Part shown: piece by piece, positions 36,717 to 49,764 of the stretch
Layout: the number at the start of each line of letters is the position of its first letter
Numbering within the stretch: the first letter of the stretch is position 1
Assembly: GCF_006345805.1 (NCBI RefSeq)
Contig: NC_043005.1
Span: 23,064,001 to 23,128,000 of the forward strand
DNA length: 64,000 nt
From: Octopus sinensis
Lineage: Eukaryota
Direction of reading: 5' to 3'
Made by a program: the position numbers and the translations under genes
Notes under the pieces: model-generated
The model's database searches: none
The model's input: only the letters and a program-made list of their open reading frames with translations
What the model was told of the DNA's origin: nothing

Positions 36717-37316
36717 TTAAAGGTACATGCAGAGTGAAAGTCTTTGGATTTCACTTCTACTTAGCTTTCCATTTAAATAAATAATGTATGTGTGTGTGCA
36801 GAGGGATGTGTATATTATGGTGTAGATGTGTTTGTGTGTGTATATTATATACACACACACACATATAATTGGCTTCTGTACTGTTTGTGTCTCCCATATT
36901 CCACTCCCAAAGAATTGGTCAACTTCAGGCGATAGTAGAAGATGCCAAAGGTGCCACATAGTGGGATTGAATAGAACCATGTAATTGCTAAGTGAATTTC
37001 TTAACCACATAGCTATACTTGTGGTTGTATGTATATACACTCATATATTTGCATATGTATGTATATATACACACACACACACATATGTAATATAGTGTTT
37101 GTTTTTATGTCAAGTTGTATATAGAAACAACTTAGCATTAAATTGAAGAATTACTCAATACTACAAAGAGTAGATGAGTGATTTATTTCAAAGCTTTGAC
37201 CTGCTAGCTTTCATCAGACAATATGATGAAAGCCAGCAAGCTGAGACTCCAAAGTCACTATCACTAACTTTCCTGTAAAAAGTTTAACAAAAACACACAC
37301 ACACACATATATATAA

Positions 37317-37545
37317 GGCAGTGAGCTGGCAGACACGTTAGCGCGCCGGGTGAAATGCTTAGCAGTATTTCGTCTGTCGTTACGTTCTGAGTTAAAATTT
37401 CGCCGAGGTCAACTTTGCCTTTCATCCTTTCGGGGTCGATAAATAAAGTACCAGTTTCGCACTGGGGGTGATATAATTGACTCAATCCCTTCGTCTGTCC
37501 TTGTTTGTCTCCTCTATGTTTAGCCCCTTGTGGGCAGTAAAGAAA
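37317..37545 (+). mobile_element. tRNA-headed SINE with Meta-like central domain, well-preserved copy
   Basis: A-box-like GAGCTGGCAGA, B-box-like GAGTTAAAATTTC and core GCCTTTCATCCTTTCGGGGTCGATAAATAAAGTACCAG. Many decayed copies (3410-3750, 39500-40090, 40500-42180, 52560-53040, 57000-57185). Confidence 0.8.
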
Positions 37546-38857
37546 TATATATATATATATATATATATATATCATCGTTTAACATCCGTTATATATGAAT
37601 CTGTATATTTTATATAGAGCAAGTATGCACATACACATGATATGCAAAAGAAAATATCAAGTTAATATCAGGGATTGAAAGCCATGTTGTCTGCTGAAAG
37701 CAGGTTCTGTACCTAACAATTATATATTTTTGTTTTGCTTTGTTCTTCGCATTTGTTTAAAATACATTTATGTTTTTATGTTCAACATTAAAATAAATCT
37801 TCAACAGAAATATATTTCATATAATAATATATATATAAGTTAATTACTTTCTAGCTAAGAAAGACTTTTTCACCTTAAATTACAAGAACTCAGCTAACGA
37901 AATAAGAGGAAGCCCCAGCATGGTTGCTCAACCTGCTGGATATAGCAGCCAGATCTACCTTGAATCATCTGTTTTAAAAGGGTGCACATTGAATAGTGTT
38001 GTCCAAGGCACACTATACCAGGAAAAAAGAGTCTGGGATGTCCAGGCTGGAATTCTTCTGGGTGTGGGGTTTCCATCTATAGACTTCTCTCTTGTACAAT
38101 ACAATAAGAATTTCTGATGTCCCCTTTTACTCTCAGTATATTTGTGCTTCATACCTGTGCGTCTAAGGGCTTGGCACTAAAGTAGGGCATCAAACCCATG
38201 CCAGCCTGAAAAAAAAATAGGCATTAAAACAATTATATTTGGTAATATTTCAGCATGGAAAAATGAATGGATGATGGTATATATATGTAACACAAACCAA
38301 CATAGAGAAAGAGACATTAAATAATGATGATTATATTTTTACACTTGCATATATACATACATGTTTGTGTGTATGTGTGCATATATATAGTCAATGGCTA
38401 TGGGGGTCCAGTAGAATAAAGTAGGGATCACATGGGTCCATAGGCAAAAATTGGTTGAGAACCGCTGGTGTACGTTGTTCACTTTCTACAACCAAAAGTA
38501 ATGGGGAAGTAGGGTGAAGTGAATTGATCAAAGGAAATACATTAATCATCCCAAAATCGGTGTGGGAGGTGGAGGAGAATAAAAATATAAATAAACCCTG
38601 TCATTGCATAGAGATAAACAGTATGAAATGTAGGTGTTGCACCAAGCCTAGAGATCCAGTAAAGGGAGGAGCAATATGAGAAGGAAATGTGACAGCAAGC
38701 TACTAGTTAGATGGGACATTAATGGAGGTGGGGAAGAGAAAGGGGAAAAGGGGGGTGGGTTGAAATAAACAAGGTCATTCAGTTCTGAAGACAAAGCTCA
38801 AATATAATATATAATTTTGAAAGAAAGGAATCTTAAAGGTATTTTGTCAAGAATATA

Positions 38858-39113
38858 GACTGGCTTCCGTGCCGGTGGCATGTAAAAAGCACCATCCGAA
38901 CGTGACTGTTGCCAGCCTCCCCTGGCACCTGTGCCGGTGGCACGTAAAAAGCACCCACTACACTCACGGAGTGGTTGGCGTTAGGAAGGGCATCCAGCCG
39001 TAGAAACACTGCCAGATCAGACTGGAGCCTGGTGCAGCCTCCTGGCTTCCCAGACCCCCGGTCGAACCGTCCAACCCATGCTAACATGGAGAACGGACGT
39101 TAAACGATGATGA
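38858..39113 (+). mobile_element. Young (GAT)n-tailed RTE-related short element
   Basis: Near-consensus copy with CpGs intact, ending gacgttaaacgatgatga. Confidence 0.8.
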
Positions 39114-42100
39114 TATATATATATCTCAATGCCAGCATGGGCAACAGGCATTAAATGATGATGATATATGTATATTGAAATGCAAAGTTGAAAATCTGGT
39201 AGGATTTGAACTTAGTGTGTAGTGTGTTGTATTTAAGTACCACCAAAAATTCAGTCCTGCCTTTTTGTATTAGATTAAGCACTGCAAATGCCAAGTTGGT
39301 AGGGTATTGAACTTTGAACCTGAATCTTAAACTGTGTCCATAGCTAGAAATTGCTGCTAATTTACTGATGCTCTTCACTGAACTTAGATCAGACACCATA
39401 ATGGTGATAATGATTCCTGAGAGTGAGTACAGATAAATAAACTGATACTTATTGACCCTAGAAGAATTTGAACTCATTCCTCATCCACCACTCGCATAAC
39501 AGTAATTATGTCTTGGTAATTGACCTCATGTCAGCACTTGATTTATTGATACCTGAGGAATGGGGGAAGAGTGGACCCCTGTAATATTTGAATCCAAATA
39601 GGAAAATTTTATTAAATCCCACAAGGCATTTTCCCCCTTTCCTAATAATTCTTTCTAATTTTAGTACCAGGCCAGTAATTTATAAGGGAAGGAGCAAGTT
39701 GATTACTTTGACCCCTATACTTGACTGGCAGTTTATTTTACTTACTCTGAAAGGATGAAAGGTAAAGTTGACATTGATGAGATTTGAACTCAGAACAAAA
39801 AAAGTCATTAGAAATGCTGCTATACATTTTGATCGATGCACTTAATGATTCTGTCAGCTTGCTGCTGCCTTTGTCTCTTTTATATTAATAATTGTTTCTT
39901 AAATAAATACAAGACCAGAAATTTGTGTGGAGGTGGGGACAGTTGATTATACCAGCCCATTTGTGTACTTAAAACTTTTTTTTTATTGATCTCAGAAGGA
40001 TGAAAAGCAAAGTTGACTTCAGCAGAATTTGAACTCAAAACATAAGAGACAGACAAAATGCTGCAAGATATTTTATCCACAATGCTCTAATAGTAATGAT
40101 AATCATTTGTAATCTAAGTACGAGGCCACAGCTGGAAGATTATATCAGTCCAATACTTCATTGTTAAATTATCCTTGATGCTTTGAGTAGATGCAGTTAA
40201 TTGCTGGTACTTTATCATCTCTGATGCATTTTGTACTGTGCTTTACTGATTCAGTTATGATTCATTCTTTCAAGGGATAAATATTATTAACCCTTTTCCT
40301 TTACTATATTTTTGTTCAAATACACTGCTTTTGTTCCAATTACTTTTTAAAATAATGAATTTAGTAAAATAAAATAATTTTGTCATTATTAAGTTGTTGT
40401 TTAGAATATAAACATGAAATTTTGATATAAGGTTTTAATTTAGCTCACTTTAAAATAGGAAGTTTGTCTCATGGAACAAAGGTCAGTCTCAGTAGAGTGA
40501 CAGACTGTCTTATGGTATTTTAATTACATTCTTTTACTGTCTGAGTTCAAATCCTCTCAAAGTCAGTTTTGCTTTGCATCCTTCTGGAGATCAATAAAAC
40601 CAATAATGAACTAAATTGATTTGATTGACCACCTCATCTCGTGTTGCCTTTTACTTAATATTGTGGTCACATCTAATCCATGCCAGCATGGACAACAGAT
40701 ATTAAATGACGTTTGGTAGAGTTGTTAGAGCATTGGAAAACTACTTTACAGTATTTATCTTAGCTCTGTGCTTTGAGTTCAAATTCCACTAGGGCCAGCC
40801 TTACCTTTCATCCCTCCAAGTTCACTAAAATGACATACCAGTCAAGTACTACACTTGGTCTATTTGACTAATCCTGCTCCACCAAATTTCAGGCTCTGTG
40901 CTTGTGTTTGAAATAAATATGGATTATCTCTAATTGAGCAGACCTATAATCAAAGATATTCCAGTCATGACCGTCCAGTTTTGTAGTATATCCCTATTTT
41001 ATTTAATGCATCCTCTCTTTTTTTTTTCTGAATCTAAGATGAAAGCATGAGTAACTAAGTATGTGACTTGGTAGTTAGAGTGTTGCATCCACAATTGCAA
41101 GATCATAGTTTCAATTCTTAGATTGGGTTGGTGCATTGTGTTCTTGAGCAAGTTGCTTCATTTCACATTCCTCCAGTCCACTCAGCTGTAGAGGAGAAAT
41201 GCTGTAATGGACTGGTGCCCTGTTCAGGGAGAATGTGACTTTGGTCACATCTACTCTATTGGAACTGGGTAAATGGTCCTGTGAATCTAAGGATTCAAGA
41301 CGGTAGTGTCTAAGGGTTGATGATATGTGACTTGAGAGAGATTTGACTGCTATTTCTAGCAGGTTGAGCTACTGCATTAAGATTCCATTCTTGACTAAAC
41401 TGGGTGGTATGGCATGGTAGGTAAAAGTGTCTGACTAAATGGTATACTGTATTATTGCTAGGTTCAAGGGTCAGCTTTGCTTTTCATTCTTCTAGGAGCT
41501 TGATAAAATATTGGTAAAATACTGGGGGTTAATATAATCAAGTATACAGTACCCCTTCCACCAATAATTTGTGACCTTCTGCTTATATTGGGAAACATTA
41601 TTGTGGTGGATGGCAAAAATCAGTGAGCGTTAGGCCAATACTTTGAAATATTTACTCACAAGTTGGACTCCTGCCTTGCTTCCAAACCATTTTCCATCCT
41701 TTTGGGACTGATAAAATAAAATAGCAGCAAAATATTGTGGTTTAATATAATCAACAATAACTTCCCACAAAATGTGTTGTTCCTGTGTGACTTATATCAG
41801 AAATTATTTTTGATGTCTTATGTTCTGAGTTCAAATCCTGCCATGGTCAACTTTGCCTTTCATCCTTTTGAGGTTGATAAAATAAAGTATCAATTAAGTA
41901 CGGGGACCATTCAATGTTAACAGACATGCTGGCCTTAGGCTTAAATGAGAAACAAATGTTATCATCACTATCAAGATGGTGGATCAGCAGAATCATTAGA
42001 GAGCGCTGAACAAAACACCTTGCAGTATTTGTTCAGCTTTTATATGTTCCGAGTTCAAATCCTGCTGAGGTCAACTTTGCCTTTCATCCTTCTGGGGTCA

Positions 42101-43720
42101 TCAAAGTAAGTACTAGTCAAGAACTAGGGATGTATTTAATTAACAGCCACTTGTTTTCAAAATTGCTGTCCACGTATCTGAATTAGAAATTATTTTTATT
42201 CTAATAATCTTTTTTACTTCTCTTATATCCTTATGTATCATTTTGGAAATCTCTAGGTGTGTTTTGGCAATATGTGAGACTAAATACATTAGAGAAGCTG
42301 ATTTGGTAGCTAAACTCATCTTGCTTCAATACTAAGATATCAATTTTTAACATTGAAACCGGACCACAGTGGATTAAATTGACCCTAGTACTTGATTAAC
42401 ATCAATTCTGTGAATGAAATACAAAGTTACCCTCAGTGGGAATTGATGTCAGAATGTAAAGAGGCTTTTAAATGGTGCAAGGTCTGGTGCCCTTATGATT
42501 CTGTCAATCTACTACATTAACAATAGCTAAGATATCAATTTGGTTCTTCATTTTTCAGTATGCCAAACTAAATACCTGCAATATATTATGGTCAATTCAA
42601 CTGACTTCACCTCTTTTACCAAAAAACAAAACAAACTATTGTCTGAAAAAAATTAACAAAAATATAATAATGCAAACAACCAAGGTTTTGATACGGATGA
42701 TCATCTCTCTTGTCAACAAAATTAACAAATAATGACATTTTAAATAAACAGAAATATAAAAGAAAAAAGACACATTGATATTGAGTGAAAATCAGTTTTG
42801 TAATAAAGAAGCTAGGTTCTTTCTGTTTTGTCTTTTTAAAATTATCCTGGATTAATTTTATTTTATTTTGTCTTTCAAAATCAAAATCAAATTTTAAGGT
42901 AAATAGATATAAACCACTGAGTGAGCTTGTTCAATGCAGCAGGTAAGTCTTTGAAAAAAAATCTCCTGTCTTTTGGGAACTAATTACTTTTTGAAGCAGT
43001 ACATTCAAATTCTTGAAATAGTATATCCCAACTTTTAGGATAGGATCTCCAAAGAAAAGTTGTGATAGGCCTGGTTAAAAAGCCAATTGAAAGATCGTAT
43101 CAGAATCTGATGCCAGTTATCTTTCTCACTATCTGGAACCACTTTACTTAACACCCAACTTTTATTCTTAATATTGTCATCCTCATTCATATTTTACATC
43201 GACCATCTTTTTCTACTACCGAATTATATCTTCCTCACCATTACCATACATTTCTCACTCTCCCTATGCGCTACATCTGTCTCCCACTACACTCTTGCAA
43301 GCCACCACCCTCTCTATTGTAACCCCACTCAGTTAATTTTGTGAGCAACATGGTGACTTCTGGTGTTATGAAAAAGCACCCAGCAGATTGTGCAAAGTGT
43401 TAGGCATTAAAAAGGGACATCCAGTCATAGAAATCATGCCAAAAGATTAGAGGTCAATGCATTCCTTGGATTTGTTGGAACCTGTCAGACCATCCAATCT
43501 ATGCCAGCTTGGAACATGGATGTTAAAAGATGTTGAAGAAGATAATGCATATATACATCAATACATATACAAACCCACCTAAATATATATAAAGATAAAT
43601 TAAATATATAGATATACTATTGACAATCCAATAATTTATTTGTATTACAATATTACATTAAACACTATGAATATAATATAACAATATTATATAACATAAA
43701 TAATTATAAAAACCATAAAA

Positions 43721-43804
43721 GGCCAACAAATTGTTTCGACTTATATATATTTTTTCTGATATACATAATCACAGTTCTATTATATATAAAGTCACTTCAG
43801 GGTC
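43721..43804 (-). ncRNA. Type-I hammerhead-ribozyme-like motif with long stem II
   Basis: GACC-CTGAAGT-GACTT...AAGTC-GAAA-CAATTTG-TT-GGCC. Confidence 0.55.
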
Positions 43805-43941
43805 AAGGTCTAGAAAAAGAAATTTTGTGTGAAAGGATGGCTGGTATCCAACTGATGTACCAGTGAATTGGATGTTTAACACACCCATTTGAAGGATTAC
43901 TTCTCCTCACTTTCTTACTTCATATATATATATATATATAT

Positions 43942-44825
43942 AAGCTGCATTCAAAACTAATGCCATGTGGGAAAAATCTCTTGGGTATGTGGTGATTCCA
44001 CCCTTCCTGTGTCTGCGTGAAAATTTTAGTGCCAGTAGGCCACGTCAGTTCCCAGCTGTTATGCCTGAAGTATAGCTGTGTAGTGCGTGCTTGTCAGATT
44101 TTTGCATTCACCAAACACTGCCAGCAGAGGTATTGCATCAAGTTTTACCAAAAGCATGGTGATGCTCAAGCTCAAACCATTCAGAAGATACAGCAGGCCT
44201 TTGGCGATGATGCCATGGGCAAAACTCAAGATCAAGAAGTGGTACAACTGCTTCAAACATGGCCACACCAAGTGGGGAGTGAGGCATATTCAAGCAGGCC
44301 ATCAACAAGCTGAAATGAGGAACCAATTGAGAAGATTCAGCAATTAGTCATGGAAGGCTGTCATTTAACAATCCAGAAAATTATTCTCAAACTGGGAATA
44401 AGTACAGGATCAATGCATTCCATTTTAGTGGAGGATTTGTGTATGCAGAAAGAGTCAGCAAAATTCATCCCCAACATGCTGGCAGAGCAACCGAATTAGC
44501 ACTGCATGAAAATTACAGAGGGCATGCTGGACTGTGCAAACCACAATCCAGACCATGAAGACCATTATCACTGGTGATGGGACATGGTTTTATAGTTTTT
44601 GCTTGATGCATTCAGACATCCTGCATGAAAATGAAAATCTGATGAGCAAGCACTATGCATCAGTACTAAAGGCATAACAACTGGGAACTGTTGCAGCCTA
44701 CTGGTGTGAAAATTTTCACGTATTTGCAGGAAGAGTGGTTCCATCTTCCACCCAAAGGATTTTGCCCATGCAGCATTAGTTTTGGTGGGAAAAAGTAAAG
44801 TCAGATACTTTTTGAATTCACCATG
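43942..44825 (+). mobile_element. mariner-type transposon relic with internal deletion
   Basis: QRYCIKF, IKKWYNCFKHG, RPSTS and IITGDGTWFY motifs. The C-terminal catalytic part is missing. Confidence 0.75.
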
Positions 44826-45059
44826 TGTATGTACAATCTGTATATCATCATCATCGTTTTAATGTCCACATTTCCATGGTTTAGGTGGAATTCATTGAGG
44901 CAGATTTTCTAGAAGATATCTGCCCAGTTGTCAACCATCACCTCTTTTCAAACAAGGCAATATTTCCCATACCCCAGACATACATGCACACACATATACA
45001 CAATGTTCATGCTAAATATCATAACTTTTTTCTATGTCTCATTTTTCAGGAGCAACTTT

Positions 45060-46440
45060 GGAGAGTATGAAGTTGTTGAGAAAAAAGTAGCTGACATGAA
45101 GGACTGAAAGTCATCTGAATATTGAAAAAGAGTTACTTGTATCATGATGATTCATGTCAGGTATCAGAATGCTGACATCATGACCACTGCTCAATGCTCT
45201 GTGAACACTGTAAAGGCTGTAAGACATGACATGGACAGTTGCAACAGAAACTACAAAGCTGTGGCCAGCAGTTGGTGACCAAGGACACAGCTGGTGTTCT
45301 GAGTGCATCCAAACACTGCTGTTTGTCCATCAACTGCAGGATAAGGTGATGGCAGATCCGAGCAAGGGAATCCAGGCTTTGGCAAGAGAGATGGGTGTTG
45401 GAGTCACCACTATGAAGCTGACCCTATCTGTGAATTTTCACTACCACCTTGCACTAAAGGCACAAGGGACAAATTCTGATAGCCATGGTCAAGGAGATCC
45501 ACTTGATAAAAGCAAAGAAATCCTGGACAAAATGAAGCATCCTGTTGAGTTGGGGATGATCTAGTTCTCAGATGAAAAGAACTGCCGGGACCAGTTGCAC
45601 AATACCCAGAACAACAGGTGGCTTCAAAATTCATGTGATGTCTCACCATGTTCCCCCAAACTGTGATAGTCTTTGGGTGCATCTCCAGTGAGGGTGGTGT
45701 CATACTACCCTACATTTTTGAACAGGGCCTTAGGCTTACTTCAGATGGTTAAGGCTGCTGAAGACTGTAGTCAAACTGGCCGCAGCGTGTTGCTTCTGGA
45801 AAGCTATATTTGTGGCAGCAGGATTGGCTGTGTAGTAAGTAGCTTGCTCACCAACTACATGGTTCTGGGTTCAGTCCAACTGCATGGCACTTGGGTCAAG
45901 TGTCTTTTACTATAGCCTCAGGCCGACAAAAGCCTTGTGAGTGGGTTTGGTGGACGGAAACTGAAAGAAGCCCATCATATATATATATATGTGTGTGTGT
46001 GTGTTTGCCCCCCCCCCCCCCACATCGTTTGACAACTGATGCTAGTGTGTTTATGTCCCCGTAACTTAGTGGTTCAGCAAAAGAGACTGATAGAATAAGT
46101 ACTAGGGTTACAAAGAATAAGTCTTGGGTCGATTTTCTCAACTAAAGGCAGTGCTCCAGCATGGCCACAGTCAAATGACTGAAACAAGTAAAAGAATAAA
46201 AGAAATACCTTTAGAAAAAGTCAGAAGTGGTTGTCAGAGAATTTCTATGACTTCATCAGACCCAATTTCTGGCCTCTTAGTCTATGTAGGGCATGGTTAA
46301 GACACCAACCACTCTGCCTGCAGCATTAAGGCTAAGCTGGTGGTGAAGATCTTCCCAGGGACACAGTGAAGAATGCATATTCCAGGTTTCAGAGCCATCT
46401 TGAGGCTGTAGTGGAAGCTGAAAGTTACTACTTAGAGTAA
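45060..46440 (+). mobile_element. maT-like Tc1/mariner relic interrupted by a SINE
   Basis: IQALAREMGV, FSDEKN, VIVFGCISSEG and WQQD motifs. The transposase resumes after 46205 (PNFWP). Confidence 0.7.
45822..46203 (+). mobile_element. tRNA-headed SINE, full length
   Basis: TGGCTGTGTAGTAAG (A box), GGGTTCAGTCC (B box), ggcacttgggtcaagtgtc core and aaagaat tail. Other copies at 59375-59810, 36860-37020, 8350-8470 and 63110-63260. Confidence 0.8.
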
Positions 46441-46444
46441 AGTG

Positions 46445-47131
46445 TTATAAGACAAGTGAGACCATAACCCGTGGCCTTTACCAGGGGTGTAGCCAGCCAA
46501 CTTATGTGTACCTCTCCTTCTTTGGACAAAAAACTGCTTGCGAAGACCTGTTGAGGCAAGTGAATTTGAAATAGAACCAAATTCGACAACTGGCACCCAT
46601 GCCAACCTTCCTTCATTGGACACTAAATTCTGCTTGCAAAGACCTGCTGGGGCAAGTGAAATCGAAATTGAACCAAATTTGATGACTGGCACCTGTGCCA
46701 GTGGAGCATTAACAGCTCCATCCGAGCGGGATCACTGCCAGAGCAGCTGACTGGCTTCTGTGCCAGTGGCATGTAAAAAGCACCATTTGAATGTGATCGT
46801 TACCAGCGTCGCTTTACTGGCACGTGAACAAAACATTCGAGCGAGGTTGTTGCCAGTGCTGCTGGACTGACTCCTGTGCAGGTGGCATGTAAAAAACACC
46901 ATTTGAGCATGTTGTTGCCAGTACCGCCAGACTGGCCCTCGTGCCAGTGGCACATAAAAGCACTCACTACACACTCGGAGTGGTTGGCATTAGGAAGGGC
47001 ATCCAGCTGTAGAAACTCTGCTAGATCAGATTGGAGCCTGGTGCAGCCATCTGGTTCGCCAGTCCTAAGTCAAATCGTCCAACCCATGCTAGCATGGAAA
47101 GCAGCCGGTAAATGATGATGATGATGATGAT
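46445..47131 (+). mobile_element. RTE-tail element with internal duplications
   Basis: Duplicated gaagacctgttgaggcaagtgaa block, ~65-bp units and a (GAT)n tail. Confidence 0.8.
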
Positions 47132-47429
47132 GCATTATCTTGGAGCCTTGATATTTTGATGATGTGATTGTATATTTTTAGAATGACATTATATGATGTG
47201 TGAGGAGGCTAGAACTGGCTAATTTAATCATGAAGCATAAAGGTAGGATATTTGGGCCAGATATGGACTGGTTAAATGCTAAAGGGTTAAAGTACCTTAT
47301 AGAATTTAGTTTTGTCTTGGTATTCTGCATTTAAATCCAAAGAGAGAACAATCTATGGAGAATGTACTTGTCAAAGGGCATCTGTTTACTGACTTGAAAT
47401 CTGCATATGTTGCAGTTTCATGTGCATGT

Positions 47430-49700
47430 CTGTTCATCCTCAGTCACTGCATGGGTGGTGTTGATAGATCATCTATCAGATTAGTAGAATGTGTCCCTTC
47501 TACAATAAGTAAAAGAGTACGCTCTCCAAGCTAGTCAGATGAAAACTGGGTCAAGGAACAATAGTTTGGTGATAAAATATAATGGAAGTGATGTACAGGT
47601 TTGCCATTTCTGCCCACCCTTTCAAGGATAGCTTCTTCTTGACCCACATATTCCTGGGTGAGACTGGCCATCTTTTTTGTAACCATGTCCCAGTTTCTAA
47701 CCCCCAGGTAGTCAGGGCTAAATTAGATCCTGTGTAACATCATGCACCTGTTGGTCACCACTTCATATTTTTTTTAAGTAGTATTGACTACTACGGTGCC
47801 TAACACCAATATAAATAGTGACATCATCTAGGTTGACATAGCTCTTCCAGGTCCCGTTTCAAACATGATGTCCTTTAACACTCGCAGATCTGCCTAAGAT
47901 TGCACAGACCAGTGCTTTCCCAATCACACTGCTGACATTAACAGCAACTTCTTTACACATACCTTTGCTAAAATTTTAAACTCTGTACCCAGTAGAGTTG
48001 TAGGCTGAAAAATTATAGGTAATGTCTCCTTTGTTCACATTTTTCCATAGCATTATTCTCTGGCTCATAGATGTAATTGTACAATAAGTAAAAGATGTTT
48101 AAGATGTTGGTGAATAATGCTCAAGGGGCAGATCGTATAAACCAGAAAATTGGCCCTTTGCACAAATGCAACCATATCCCAGCTGTTTTATCAGCTATTT
48201 TTGGTCTTCTCCTGAGAGCCACAGCAGGCTATCAAAGTAGGCACTAAAATCCATTAAAGTTTTTCATCCATTGCTTTCCCAATACAGTTGAGTAGAGTGC
48301 CACTGGTAAGTTAAACACATCTGTACAATATCAAGTAGCATAAACCTGTATTGCTCTAACAAAAAATTAAATTGTGACTTTGTTGTAAATTCAAGCATCT
48401 ATCAACCACTTTTCATTCCTTCATGTTTAAGAGTATGTACCCTAGTTCTGACAATACAAATTTTGTTGTTCAGGGAAGAAACAGGATAGAGCCGTTTTCA
48501 TTTGGCTGAGATGTCTTTCCTAATAAGCTCTTAAAATTTGCTGACTAGCTTCCCTCTAATTTTTTCTTTACTCTATTATTACTTCTTCATTAAATCTGAT
48601 TCTACTCTAATTACACTCTCTAGAGCATCTCACCACTGATTGGTTATGATTACTCCCATCAACTGCTGCTTAACTAATTCATTAATCCAGGTATAGGCTT
48701 TGTGCACCAGGAACATGTTCAACATCCAATAGTTAGGTTTCTTTCTATGTATCCTATCTAGGTTGATCATGCAGATTACAAATTATTGATCTGAGTAGTC
48801 AACTGCTTGAAATTGTTGATGCCCTACACTGTCTCTATTCACTGATCTAACAAATATTCTATCTAGATATAATATGGAGGACTCAAGTTGGTTCACATCT
48901 ACAATGGTGCATTTGTGAAACCAAGCCAACATCTGTCTAGCAGAATTATCTGAGAAAGTAGGTTAAGCATTTTACCTCTCCTATTCGACATATGTACTCA
49001 CTCTTATCAGGTATCTAAAAGCCAGTCCTTCATTAGTACTAAAAAACAGAACATTCACAAGAACATTTCTATATTCCTGAAGATATCTGGTCACCCTATC
49101 CCAGTTGATGACACATAGTACCACCTGCACCACTTGTATTCAGTACTGCCATCTTAGTATCCAGTTTCCAGCAAGATCATCTATATCTTGATATCCAAAC
49201 TTTTCTGAAACAACATTACAACCCAACTACTTGATCCAGGAAAAATAACAAGATGCGTGCATATTGTAGTTGTTGAATACCAGCATAAGCATATGTATCC
49301 TGAAAATCTTGGTTTTGTGATGTTTCTTCCAAGCAAACTTCAGTCGAAATACATTTATACAATACTTTATGTTGGTCAGAGAAAAGAAATAAGAGAGGTC
49401 ACTTACTTTGGTTTTGAAAAAAGATGGTTAGCCTGGTTTTCTCAATGTAAGGGGGCGGAGAATTTCTTGAAAAGCCTTTTATTCCCTTTTTACTGAAAAT
49501 TCCAACAATACTTAGGAATTTTCTTATTAGAGACAAGTGGACTGCTTTTGATATCCTCAACAGAAATTTGTTTGGTAGGGTCCTGGGGACAAGTTTTTCA
49601 AAGGCATTCCATCGGTTCCTATTTCTATTTGCAACAGTGAAATCAATAAGTCACTCCGTTTTCTTTTGTGGAAAGTTGCTGAGATGCTTAAAATATTTAG
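47430..49700 (-). mobile_element. Ancient non-LTR retrotransposon relic (clade unresolved)
   Basis: Coding-like composition, a GI.QGD-like remnant near 49090 and no open frame. Confidence 0.35.
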
Positions 49701-49764
49701 TAGAGTAGGGCACGACTGGTCACTAGCATAGTCAATAAAGGTATCAGATCCAACAACTGGTTTA

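Noticed and set aside
37894-38152. Three overlapping short ORFs
   Set aside because: The sequence belongs to a dispersed repeat family (gaaatagcagccaaatct...), also seen near 29900, 23600, 41340 and 58080.
45822-45895. tRNA-like A/B boxes
   Set aside because: This is the head of a multi-copy SINE and no complete cloverleaf is evident.
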